Below are positions 28,271-41,600 of a DNA stretch of 64,000 bases, one piece after another (within the stretch, counting starts at the first letter, position 1; each line of letters begins with the position of its first letter). A model generated the notes under the pieces. The model had not been told where the DNA came from. It saw nothing but the letters and a program-made list of their open reading frames with translations, and did no database searches. The stretch comes from Lingula anatina. Its lineage: Eukaryota; Animalia; Brachiopoda. The DNA is taken from NCBI GenBank assembly GCA_051362555.1, contig CM120641.1, positions 40,306,401 through 40,370,400 on the forward strand, read 5' to 3'. Made by a program: the position numbers and the translations under genes.

Positions 28271-28768
28271 GTGTGTGTTTGTGTGTGTGTGAAGGCGAGC
28301 GCGCGTGCTTGTACGCGGAACTGTACAACTTATCACATGTCATTACAACAATACAGAAAAACCTAACCGACTATATTTCCTGGAAATTCTCAAAACATTG
28401 AACAGCAATTCACGTTGGAGCGGAGGCACTAACCTTATATGCCCAAAGCTAGCTACAACCAGCGCAATAGTCAGTCCGTGTGCCAGAGCTACATTCACAA
28501 TGGGCCCGCTACCAGTGCCCACCGCGGCCATGCACCCGACGAATACAAAGAGCAGGGTCGCCACAAACTCTGCACAGCCAGGCAGAACGTACTTTTCCAC
28601 TACATCTTGCTGCGTTGCTTCTCCTCCGGATTCATTGATCAGATGTTCTTTCTCCGCTGACATGTTGTTCCTGTCCTTCGCGTGGCTCGGGTCAGACGGC
28701 AGGCTCTCATATGCTCGCTTATCCCGCTTGTCTGACAGGAGGAATCGTTCTAACGCGTGACTCGTCAT
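22061..28768 (-). CDS. AQP8: Aquaporin, AQP8-like, 5 coding exons, 289 aa (254 aa if the ATG at 28663 is used)
   Basis: Exons 28768-28434, 23752-23626, 23074-22860, 22574-22425, 22103-22061 (GT-AG, 870 nt). Motifs AEFVATLLFVF, ALAHGL, ISGAHVNPAVT, SGASMNPARTLGPA, HYIYWVGP. The His in ALAHGL and the intron layout fit the AQP8 clade; orthology was not tested. Confidence 0.9.
24337..25632. mobile_element. pogo/Tc1-mariner-like MITE (~1.3 kb) in aquaporin intron 1
   Basis: TIRs GGGGAGACCGGGGCTAGTTGG / CCAACTAGCCCCGGTCTCCCC flanked by TA on both sides. Several internal GGGGCCAACT(T/A)GCCCC motifs (24530-24590, 25226-25266, 25589-25625). No ORF. Confidence 0.9.
25945..26226. repeat. Degenerate long inverted repeat (old foldback/MITE)
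   Basis: Left arm AGAGCACATTCAGAACAGATGAACCACGG...TCCCCGCCTCCACACGCGCC aligns with the reverse complement of GGCGCATTTGGAGGCGGGGA...CCGCGGATCATCTGTCCTGAATGCGCTCT. Arms ~110 bp, roughly 75-80% identical by eye. Confidence 0.8.
27196..27238. repeat. (TA)n microsatellite
   Basis: Read directly. Others at 3066-3092, 60533-60568, 61494-61563. Confidence 0.95.
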
Positions 28769-30014
28769 GTGTTCTTTCGTGTCGCTGTGTAAACAGTAAA
28801 TATAGATTTCTGCTTATATACAAACGTCTGTTTGCCAGCATGTCAGACAATGCACGCTGCAGAAAAATTGACCACTATGTAGGTTTGCAACTGTCAAATT
28901 ATGATTATGAACCTTAAAGAGACTGTTCATCTTTTTTTTAAATTCTTTACTATCTTTTTAGCAAGAGCCTGGGGTTTTTGTTTAAAAATCACGCACATCC
29001 TTTTTAAGTAAGATAATATTATTAGGCTACGCTTTTTCAAAAGTTGCACGTGAAATCCCATGCAAGTTATTTGCTAGGCTTAAGGCATGATAAAAAGTGA
29101 TTGACAAAAAGCAAATATGTGGGATATGCTTGGAATATTGGAGATCAACAGAACAATTGTTGATAACTACTAAATATTGAAATTAAAATAAATATGGTTA
29201 TATGATTTAGTGCTAAAATCGGTTGGTCCCTTTAATCATTTCATCGCTTCTAAATTGACTAGTGGATAACTTATTGTATTGTACCGGGTCATTACTAATC
29301 CCAATTTCCTTCATTTCTGTCACTGTCAGTATGGGTTATGAACCATTATCAATTTTACCTTTTTTATACAAGTTTTGTTTGCACGTGGCTGCCGAACCGA
29401 AGCTACTTCTTTTATTCTCGACCTTTTAAGGCCCTTGGCAAATATTCATTATAAAAAAGGCTTCTGACCGATATTCATAACGATGACGCCGTGAGCAATG
29501 CGGTGGGGATGACGATGGGGTTTCATCAGAGCCCACATGGGGCACGTGAGGCGACGCTCTATCTCCCATATCTATTAGCAGCCGTAGTTTCAAGGGATTA
29601 CACCAGTATGACCGCCAAATCAAGAACACTGCTTTTCAATGGCACGAAACTGACACAGAGTTCGGAGTAAAAATGCAAACCCGAGTGACTCATCTTTAGA
29701 AAATACAACAAATATTTATTAATTTTCTTATTTACTTTGGAAAATACTACCATTTAAAATCTCATTCAGCTCTTTTATAGGATGTTTTTGTTTCGTTTTG
29801 TTTTGTTTTGTTTAATTAATTAATTAATTTATTTATTTATTTATTGTTTCTATTCATTTATTTTATTTTCCTAAGGGATATAATGATCATGTGTTATTAA
29901 GTTGAAAACGGTTTGGTTGAGATTGAAAATAAACGGTAAATCTAGACCTGAACGCAAACACATATACACACATATACACACACGCATATGCACATGCACA
30001 TCGCTCTCTCGCTT

Positions 30015-30065
30015 ATGCCTATATACGCCGGAAGTGCGAGTGCGTGCATGTTCTGAAGCACGTAA
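30015..30065 (+). promoter_or_regulatory. Candidate promoter motifs between the divergent aquaporin and neprilysin genes
   Basis: CCTATATAC followed directly by the ETS-type site CCGGAAGT in a CpG-richer patch. Motif match only. Confidence 0.25.
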
Positions 30066-31905
30066 GAACTTGTTTGCTATCTGAACACCAGCAGTACATG
30101 ACAACGACTTTGATTGCTTGTCCTGATGGCAACTGATCTGTGTAGTAATGTTACTGATACTGAGGAAATTTTATAAATACTTTTAAATTTCTACACTAAC
30201 CGAAAGCGTACCTTTATAAACTAGACTGTTCACTAAACACTGTCTCCTGACATCAGTGCGGCTCATGAAGTCGCACGTGTCGGTGAACTTTTGAGACAAA
30301 AACATTTCCAGGTACCGGGCACGCTGTCAGTCAGTGTGGAAATTGAATAGTTTTAATTTTCTGGTCGTCCTCGGATCAACATGTTCTGAATGAGCTCTCA
30401 GTGTGACAAACCGGAACCTAGGAAGTATATATATAGCAATGCCGGATTTGTCGCAAATTACCCGCACACGTTTCTTTCTCTTAGTACTTGTTCGTGTACA
30501 TTGCATGTTGTCTGTTTTTTTTTTTTTTTTTTTTTTAAGCTAATTTTTTATTTTATTATTTTATTGCATCGAAGGATAATGATGTTATTTTTATGTACAC
30601 TTACAAATAATGTCATGGAAAAACTTGCCTTGTTTACCCTAGTGTTAATGTTGCCAGAAAAAAAATGAAATTGTAGACATCAGATTCTAAGAAGCCCCTT
30701 TATAAATCAGCATTAAATAGACAAAGAAAGCTTCTTGCAATTGGAAGTATTTCCCAAAAGTACTTTGATGAAAACCAGGCCACGGATATCAGCGTTATCT
30801 ACAAAATGTGTCTCCATAAAAGTATGATTAAACATGACAGGTCTCTCATACTTAAACCGAGCTGAAGGCCCGAGTTATTTACACAGCGTATTTCTGTGAC
30901 GTACACTTTAAGGAGAAGGACAGACAAGTTTCTACGTCTAATATAGCGACTACACCTTGTCATCGGGAAGAAACTTTTGTTCCACTTCTTCAAAGCGTAA
31001 GTGTAATATTTCGTTATAATGAACAGTTTAATAACTATCTAACAGCGCCTGTGACCTCCACGGGGGTAGATTTACCGGGTCCGATTTTCTTACGGCGTTC
31101 TCCTCGTGAGTAAGGGGTTAATTAGTAACGCCCCTCGGAAGTGCCTTTATTTGTGAAGTTGAGGACCACAAGGCACTGAAAAGGCTCTGGTGAGCAACAT
31201 GACGGCCATGAATCTGAACGTTAAAGAAGGATGACTGCGTCTTTTACTCGCACCGACTTGGTTAACATCCCGTGACGACCGAGAAATCAAACCAAGCCTA
31301 GAATCAGTAAGGACATTTTCACCATTGTGTTCGTTAAGGTTCAATGAAAACGGTATTACTCAATTCGGAGCCGAGTTCGTCTGCCAAAGCCTCCGAAGAC
31401 TTTGAAGGAGAGCCAAAAGAAACGGATAAACCAATGGTTTCATAGGCTGGATTTGGTTGGTTATTTCCAAGGATTGATCTTATTCGAATATCAAAGGTCG
31501 GGGATCTGTTATAAGACTATTCGAGATGTCGTAACTTCAACTCTATTATTTGCGATTGATCGGTGGCTGACATCGTGAAAAGGGAACCCGATAACTAAGA
31601 AACTGACTGCTTCACAAGGCTAGGGTGAGTACATTTTTTCCATTGTCAAAGACATAGTAGCTGCCACGATTTTCAACCGTATGTCCCTTTGAAGATAAAG
31701 CAGTGGAATGCTAGTAAATGTTTATGTGATCTTGACAGTGCCGACCATTATATCAATGGCTACTTCAAAGTTTAGAGATAACGTTATTTACCGTAGCAGA
31801 GCCCAATAAATACTGATACATCCATTAAATGAAGATATACTGCAATTGTTTTTTGACAAATTTTTGTACTAGAAACATTTCCTATCTTCAGCACTGGTGC
31901 CGTAA

Positions 31906-31944
<39 letters not shown>

Positions 31945-32118
31945 CGCGCGTATGTGCGTGATATTTGTTGGGAAAAGGAGAAGGGGTTAGAGCCTTAGAA
32001 GCAAACCTATGAGTAGTACATAGAGGCCCCTTGGTTTGCCTGGGGTCCCTTCATAATACACAATAAACACAAAGTTGCAGTTAAACTGTTGCGTGGTTGA
32101 AGAAGAAACTGACGCATG

Positions 32119-32172
<54 letters not shown>

Positions 32173-32760
32173 CAAGGTTCCGTGCCAAAAGATGTCCATT
32201 TTTGTTTGTTGCATCCTAAATCGGACGACGAAAAACATTACACTTGACACTTTTCTTTGTCAGTGCACGACGTATTAAATATCTTCTATTTTCGATTCTA
32301 AAACCTGTCCTTTTAGCCTTGTCATTACACATACGAGGATTTTAAAATTTCTTTACTCATATTTGTTATTATTTCCTGCTTTCCTTTTATCTTTTTAATG
32401 AGCCGCTAATTTGTCGCCCCGAACTTAACCTACTTGTGTATTTCAAAGTAACTAAGTACCAGAACGCACAGTACGTTCCAAGGGCTTCCACTTATCACAG
32501 CTTTTGATCGCACATTTGAATACGTTGTATGCTATCTTAATACCCCCCAGGTCAAAGAAGTGTATTCAGCATAAAATGTACCCTGAATTTCGACCATTTT
32601 GATCATTTCGCCCTGTTCTACAGACCACTGAAAATGTTCGATCAGCCTGCAATCATTGCGGTTGCTACACGTTACAATTATTGTTGTCGCTGCTATGGTA
32701 ACTGTTCAATAATGGTTGCATTTCTTTTTCGCACAGGACCGTTACGTTTATTAAAGAAAC

Positions 32761-34425
32761 ATGACTTCGACCGAAGAAGGGATCTCCAACCCCGCGTGTG
32801 AGGAAAGAGACACCATCTCGCCACCGTCTGTCAACGGAAGAGATGACAGAACACTGGTGTCGCTGGAAGAAGAGTATGTAAAAATGCTGATTTTCTTTTC
32901 ATTTTAATGAAGAATCTTTGAAAAGTTTGTCAGCTTTTCTTCAAAGTAACATCATTTTCAAAAATCAGTTTAAATATTGCAACTTATTTTTATTTCTTTG
33001 TTTCAACTTAGCGAGCCCGGTGTAACAGGGGCTGTAACGGAAAGGTATGCCCATCCGTTACGTCAATCTAAAGCAGTTTTCATTAAAATGCAATTATTAT
33101 GCCTTTGATATGTTACGTTAGAAATTTAAACAGGCATTGTGATGATAGAAAAAGAGATCACCCAAGACTCTTACTGGCAATAAAAGAAATTCATAAAGTG
33201 ATCTAGACATATCGTTTACAACTCAGCTTATATGGGAAAAAACAACCTAAATTAAGTATTTCGCGCAAATAACTTAGAAAGCTGCTTGTTTTTTATGAAG
33301 AATCGCTACTGTCTTTTTCGACAGTCAAACAATATGAAGAATAAATGACAGCCGATATTCGTTCATTTATTTAAAACCAATTACCTGGCGCATTTATGAT
33401 TTAGATTTAGTTCAGATGATTTAAAGATGACGAAAAAGTTCATAAACCACAAATCTGTTCTTCATTTATCACAATAAATTCGCATATTTTACCTTTTTGT
33501 GTAATTGAAGTGTCCGTTCCATTCTCAGTGTTGGATGTACATTTCTCATTTTCTTTCTTGTTAATTTTTCTATTTCCTTTGCCTACCTTTCCGTAATACG
33601 TGTTGAAATGAGGTCTGTGAACTCGTTTGTTCTCAGTGAGGGGGGAATGTCATCTAGCGTTCCTTGATCTCTTAATACACCCGAACTTTGTTACGATAAA
33701 ATTACAGAAGGCTGAAATGGTGAAATCGTACTTCAAAACATTTCGAAGCTGTACCCATTTTCAACTGTTAAAGATATCTTTAAACCCATCGGGCATTTTG
33801 TGCACATTTTATCTTATATATAACACAGTAGTGCCAGCCTTTAAACCGTATGAGAGGGATACAAATTACCTGAAACACAATTTTATCTGTTTTGTATTCA
33901 AGCCGTCGTTCTCTCAAAAATTAGTAACCAACCAATGTTACATATATATTAATCCCACTGAGTCTAAGAAGGCATGTTTGAGGGAGCTCTAGGCCCATTT
34001 AGCATTATGTGCACATTTTTATCTTATATATTAATCAAAATGAGTTTATAAAGGCATGGCCTTACCCTTTTACGATATTTAATGTAGGAGCGATGCTCAT
34101 CATTTTGCTATGTTGGTAAATGCAAAGGAAATTTTAAAAAACACAGGCGCTATTATAAATATTAGCTTAAGTGGTAATAGTGGTAAAACTAGCAGAAACC
34201 AAATAGCTAAGACAACTGCAGATGTAAAAATATTTAACTAAAATGGAAATCTAATAAACACTAGTAAAAGCCTTTGTGAGTAAAGGAAGCTAGTGACTTT
34301 TCAATGAAAGTATCAAATGTGCTCCGTCCTTGTGTATATAAAATATATTTTTGTTTTGTCTTTGAGAAATCATATTTAAAATATAGTAACACAAAAACAA
34401 ACGTGATGATACACACACACACTCA

Positions 34426-34464
<39 letters not shown>

Positions 34465-35642
34465 GTCAAGCAGTGCATGTTGATCTGACTTCTGCTGATA
34501 TTAATGCCCATCTATCGTCAAAATTTACAGTCAGCGCAAGAATTCCAAGAGTTCGGGACCATTACTTCCAAGTCACGAGACAAAACAGATATTATCTAAT
34601 TCCTTGTCACAGATGGCACTATGTAATTGATGAGAAAATATCAAAAATTAATTTTGACCGTTCGGCCATTTATATACGCTTATTCAGCGAAAAATAGCAA
34701 TCTGTTACTCGCAAACCCCCGAACGGCGTTTTTGCTTGCTTTGTAGTATTGTGGGTCCAAACTGATATTTTCGACATACTATCCTCACTGGACCTGTCTT
34801 GCTTTTGCATCATCATTTCTTATTCTTTTTTTTCTGGAAAACGATATTTTGCCGTGCCTTTTACATGTTGGTATGACAAGCGTTATTTATTGTTTATTCC
34901 ACAGCTGCGAGATATCGTTAAGAGCAGTTTCTGAGTGTCTGAGTTGATTACTTCTGAACCAATAGATAGATCCTCTCAAGGAGACCACAAAATAGACTGC
35001 GCCTCTTTCAAAACTTATATCAGAGTCTTTGATTTTTTTTTTTTTCGGGTTCAGAGTGGAGCAGAGAAAAGTTTTCACAGCGCCTCACATGATTCCCATA
35101 AGATTTTGTCAGCTACCACGTTATATATAGAGGCTCTTCGCTTCACTCCCTTTGTACGCTTGCTTTCGTAATGTGTACGCAAACGTACCCTGTGCAGTGC
35201 TGCGTTTTACCGATATGGTGTTCTTTCCAAGCCGAAGCGGACATGTATACATATTAGTTTAGGGGAAATTTCTAGACGATATGATTGGAAATATGATTAT
35301 CAATTTCATTGCCCATCTTTGTTATTGAGGTTTACAATGCCGTTGATATGCGGGTTAGACAGACGTTTAATTGATCGGGTCGCTTGTTATATTTATCAAG
35401 ATGTGAAATGTTAGATTGAGATTGAAATTTTCAATTGACTTGTTATCAATCAAATCGTTTTTTAACGCAATTTTGAACGATTTGTGTAGATCGCCATCTT
35501 CGGCGATATAAATACTAGGGCAATTTAAGATTAGGTTCCTGATTATTTGCCGTTTTCAAGACAACGGACAAGGAATGTGCTCCTCATACATCTTTAGAAT
35601 GTTTATTTTTCTTTATTACCACACATTACATTTGCAATAATG

Positions 35643-35679
<37 letters not shown>

Positions 35680-38600
35680 TGGAGTTTCCACTCTCACTTC
35701 CTAAAGTTTTTAATTTGTACATTGCAATATCGTCTTTTGCCCTGCGCTTCTTCTGGGTAAGACATCTTATAAGATATTGATACTTCATTGAAGACGAGGT
35801 TATTAGGTTTGAATGTTGCCAGACTAAAACGATTTCATAGGTGCAGATGCACTTGAGTACGCGCACAGTACATAGTGGATAAACTGACTTTAGAAAAGAA
35901 TGTCCCCCATGGAATGGTAGCTATATTTGTTGGCGCAAAAAGTCTCCTTTGAGTGATAAGTTCACTACAGCATGCTCCTTCAATTGGGTTCACTTTTCCG
36001 GCAATTCCTTTTATTTTTTTCTTTTTGTTTCTCAAAAGCTGTTGACACTTGCCTTCAAATATTTTCACATTAGAAACGAAGAAAATGGCAAAAAGGGAGG
36101 AGAAATTGACCCAAAATGTTATCGTGTATGCGTAGACCAGAATAAAAGGTTGCACTTTTCAAAAAGGAGTGTTTTTTCGATCTGCAGGCCGGAAATCGAT
36201 GAATGTAGCATTTTAGTTACAACTGTTTTTTCCCAATTAACTCAACCCTAGTGCTTTCCAAACTTTTTTTTTTCGTTGCTATTTTTCTGTTCTGGCAACA
36301 TATTTACATTGGCATAGATATTTGGCCTTTGTTTATTTACTTTTTCGGAAGGCATGAACTATGATACTACATGGTGTGAAAGAAAAAAGTTGAATTGAAT
36401 TCAATTGTGCTCTAGTGAACGTCCTGTCACCCAGATGTTAAGGCAATAACAATCTGATAATTTGAACAATCTTTCATTTGATCAATTTGGATGTTGGATG
36501 TATAGGCCTATGCCGTATAGATTATCTGTAGATTGAATATATGCCACAATGCAAAATTCTAATGGTCATTTATTTCATGCAGTTATTTGTAGAGGATAAG
36601 AAAAGGTTTTTGTATTGATTCTAAAGCGTACTACTACAAGCCACTCACACACAGTATTTGGTTCCAGAATTTTAGGTCACATCTGGCACACCAAGTTTAC
36701 AACACAATCACACCTAACACAATTAAGTAGGTCTAAAAGAAGAGGCTTGCTTTCATCAGGTCTATATGGAATATTCATTATGATTCTCTTTTCTTTTTTT
36801 TTTTTTCAGAAACAAGACACCCCACTATAAGCAATGGAACTCACGATTTCCTTGCTGCGTAAAGAAATCTTACGTGGATCTCACGCTGGTCGGTATAGTA
36901 ATCCTAGGAACGGTGATCGCTGTGATTGTCATCGCGTGTTTACAAGTGGGTAAGTAACCGCCGCGTTGAATATGTATTGGGTTTTTGATAAAGTATAGGC
37001 GTGGGCGTCAAGTATTTTTCCTTTTGTAGCAAAAAATAAAAAATAAATAAAATAAAATAAAAAAGCCAAAAAAATTCAGGCAGACCTTAAACATGTTATG
37101 AATTTAAAAATAACTTTGGCAACTTTAATATACAGCATTTCTTTCACCAGGGAAACGAAATACGGAGTCAGGTCATGGCAGAGACACGGGGAGTGCGACA
37201 AAGATCTGTACAACGTCCGAATGTGTACGGGCAGGTAGGACCTTCTAATACAATGTCTGTCTTAGCATTCAGTAGATAAGGTAGTCTGGTGTAACAATAG
37301 CATCGATCTTTAGATCTTATTCAATCTGTTAATAATATCATTGACAGTATATATGCATGACAGTATATATGCACTTATCTGATTCCATTTTAATCTTCAT
37401 AAAGCGCTTCAAAATTATAGAAAAAAAAAGGAGCTGTAAACATCCGCAACATCACAAAGGATTTTTTTATTGCAGCCGCCATGCTCATGGAGGCAATGGA
37501 CATGGAGGCAGATCCTTGTGGAGACTTTTTCCAGTATGCATGTGGTCGATGGAACAGACGCCATCTTATTCCAGAGCAGGGCAAGGAGATCACTCAGTTC
37601 ACACGGCTTTATGATGTCCTTCAGATTCTAATGAAAGGTACTTATTATATATTTATTATAATTATAAAAATATATTATTATTTTTCTTTTTTCTGATGAA
37701 ATGCTGTCTACTTCATTCACCGATGGAATGCTCCTTAAATCCAGCGACGACGAAAATTAATGGGTGCATGAGAGAAAAATATATCACATATTATAGAAAT
37801 AATTTCAGAAGTTCAGATAGTAACGAATTGTTTAGTTCTCTGATTTCTCATAACTGCAGTGGATAAGGGGCTACAAAACATTTTTCTTCTCTTAATGCAA
37901 GGTCTGTTGGAGAGATCTGTCAATATAAAAGAACCCAACAGTGTCCAGAAAGCCAAGCGCTTATACCAGGCGTGTCGGAATGAAAGTAGGTATCATTATA
38001 CTTGTATTATGTTCCAACAGTTTTTAATGCGAACTTTCTATAGGATTAATGACATTTACGTAGTTTATTTCCATGATATACAAGTTACAATACCTTTATC
38101 TCTCACACTCTCTCTCTCTCTCTTATGATTTGAATTATCGAACAAAATTATGTTCCCACGTGCATTCCACCAACATTCTTATTGCCATGGCACTTCCATA
38201 GACAGGCAAAAATAAAATACAATATGTACTTAACAAATACCAGCCCTAGTCGATGTCCTGAAGGAAGAACCTGTGTGGAAACTCCTGACAGCACTAGGGG
38301 GATGGCCAGTACTTTACGACTCTTGGAATGCGTCTCAATTCCACATTGAAGAGGAGATGGCAAAATTCCACTTCTACACCAATGTCTTACAAGAGAGAAC
38401 GGACTCAAATAAAGTTTTGCTTAAACCGTATGTTGCCGTGGATAGGAAGAACTCTTCATCCTTTATACTAGCAGTAAGGTCTTAGGCATTGTTTATTCTT
38501 GCTAATGTTTGTCTAGATCATCATACTAGGTGTACAGACTACAATTCAGTGTCCGAATTATAAGACAATAAAACAGTTTCCTTCAATTACTAAATAACAC

Positions 38601-41600
38601 AATTTTCTCACTCTTCAATGCACAATATTTCTGAAATTTGCAAATGTTTTAAAGCTCCGAACATTACAGATTACATTGTACGTTACAGTCTATAAGTTAA
38701 CCACATGGCACATATTGACATTCCAGATCGACCAGCCTGATCTGGGACTTCCTAGTCGAGAGCATTACCTTGGTGCCCGTAACACCAGTTCACTCCGGGC
38801 CTATGAAACGTACGCAGTGTCCATTGCCATGGCGTTGGGTGCCAGTGAGAGCACTGCCAGGAGGGACATGGCGGATGTGGTCGACTTCGAGATCAGGATT
38901 GCAAATGTAAGATCTCCATTACGACATTTATGGGCAATAGAGTAATTATTGTTTGTATGTTGTTTTTTAATGTTATAATGTGGAGAGGTGTCTACATTTC
39001 ATGAAAAACAGAAAGCCTGAGTAGATTTCTTTCTCACAAAACAGGCAACAGATCTACCAGAACAGCGAAGGGACGAGGAATTTACGTACAACAAGTTGAC
39101 GGTGGCAGAGCTGTCCACAAATGCCACAGACAAGGTAGGTACGCATAGCTTACCAAGTATTTCTTTGTGTTTTCTTTCTTTTTCCATTTCCTTTTTTGTA
39201 CCTTTGGTGTTTTTCGACCATTTTCTAATTTTTATTCAAAGCTACATGTAGATTATATAATATGCTATTATTATAATACAGTTTTGGTCATGGTCAAATA
39301 TTTTTGCTATTATTGGTTTCATTGGATAAGTAGTAACAATGTGACGTGCAGGTTTACAACTTTCCTCTCGTAGATTGACTGGAGGCGTTACCTGGAGACC
39401 CTGTGTCGCCTAGGTAACGCCAGGGTGCCAAATGTGGTAGTTGTGGAAGCAATAGACTATATGCGGAAACTGGGAGATATTTTGCAAGAGACGCCACCTA
39501 GGTATATATCTTAAGAGAAAAAATCCATTTTTTTGAAAGCACTTATCTATTAATGATATCGCTTTGTTGTCAATATTGTTGTGTAATCTAAAAGGATGTC
39601 CACGCTTCTTTATACATGAAATTTGGTTTATTTTCTTAACAAAAAGAATTTGAATGTACGATATATTTTATTTGGTTCATTAGGTATGCGTGCATCATGT
39701 AAACTGTGACCAGGTTGATGCTATAAAATTAATTAATTTGTTTTTCATTTCAGAACCATTGCCAACTATCTTGTCTGGAGAGTGTTGAAAAATCTTGTAA
39801 TTGCTTTACCAAAGGAGTTTCAACAGCTACAAGAAAAATTCAAATATGTGAGTTTTCGAGAAGGACCGTAGCTTTGATTACCATTTCCTTTTTATAACAA
39901 AATACTCAAAAATAAAAACTGTTATATCTGTTAGAATGGGGTCGTATGGTACGTGATCAAAATGAATGAAATGGCTTTATTTTCATTTCTAGGCGGTAGA
40001 TGGCACCACCCGTATGTATAGCAGGTGGTATAGATGTGTCACTCTCGTCAACGACAATATGGGTTTGGCAGTCGGGAGGTTATTCGTGGAGAAATATTTT
40101 GATGAGGAATCCAAAACGGAGGTCGAGATCTTTTTTCTGACATAACTTTCATCCTTGTATAATTTTCACCATTTGTCATTGATTCTGTACTGCACCATTT
40201 AGAAAACTCTTTCTATTTATTGAACAAATGTATTATTTGTCTACCCGATGTTTCCAATTCAAATGAAGACTCAAATATAAAACGATCAGTGAAAGTCTAT
40301 AACCTGTCTTTCTCACAGACAAAATGGACTTCCGTTTAGTGATCTCTTTGCAGGATTAAATCTTATCGTGTAATGAAAGCTACATTCCCTTTGAACTGTA
40401 ATGATTCATTCATGAGTTCACGCCTATATCGTTTTATCATTTTATATTCTAATAAAAAATCTGTATTCTTGATTGCTTCGTTTTTGCTTCTGTAGGCATT
40501 GGACATGATTCACAAAATTCGAAACGCATTCGTGAATAATGTGAAAGAATCAGTCTCGTGGATGGACGAAAAGACCAAAGAAGTGGCCACAGAAAAGGTA
40601 GGGGTACTAGTTATCTTTACAATTATACCACCTAGAGTTAATTTTGTATAGAAAAGGATGATCGGAATTTTGTTGTCCTGATAAAATGTCTTATCTACTG
40701 GAATATTCCAAATGCTTTAATTCAGTTTTTGAAATGAAAACAAACATATTGACACATTTACTATATTTTTCCTCAAACGTCTCTGTCAGGCGGCAACAAT
40801 GTTAGAGAAGATCGGCTATCCACCTTATGTACTGAACAACAAAGAATTAAACGCAAACTACGAGCAGGTAATTATCGTATTTAATGAATGAGACTGAAAA
40901 TTTGCTGTAAATTGAGTGCCATATCAAATACTGCATCGTGCCCATGACATGCAATAACAAACGTTCAATGTCTTCAACAGTGTTCATAAGCATTCAGAAC
41001 GAAACGTGAGTAATTTTGAAAACTTTACAACATTTTTATTGTCTTATATAGTGTCATCTAAAATGTTGTAACATTATTTTTAAGTTGACCATCAGCGCGG
41101 ACAATTATTTTGAAAACATGTTGGCTTGTTTTCGGCATACTGCCATCCATGATTTAAAGCAGCTATCGTTGACACCTAACAGAACTAGGTAAGGGGCAAG
41201 GAATTTCGAAATTGTTTTTCTGTTAAACCCTTTAGTAAATATGTATTAGATGCCGCTTTACTACTTTGTTTGAAAATATTGGTTGAAAAAACATTTTGTT
41301 ATTTCATTCTATTCAACATCGACAGACATTTATAATCATTAAAAACCATTACATGTTTTTCTCGCTGCAATTATTTTTAATCGATTGATTTGGATTGTTT
41401 CTATAGTAATAACGTAAAACATTTCAGTATTGATATTTAGCCACTTAGATATTTGCGTCTGTAATAAATCTAAATGATCCTCCTATTTCAGATGGGAAGA
41501 CATCAACATCGTGATGGTAAATGCTGCGTATTCCCCCAACAAAAATCAAATTTGTAAGTAGGCAACAGTGCTCATTCTTGGTCTTAAATTTATATGCGTG

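Noticed and set aside
26947-28401. ORFs with IYIYIY, ERERER or LSLSLS runs (also 31987-32278, 61364-61812)
   Set aside because: Microsatellite translations.
29470-29670. GC-rich stretch with an open frame upstream of the aquaporin gene
   Set aside because: No convincing start or splice context and no motif; it may be regulatory, but that is unsupported.
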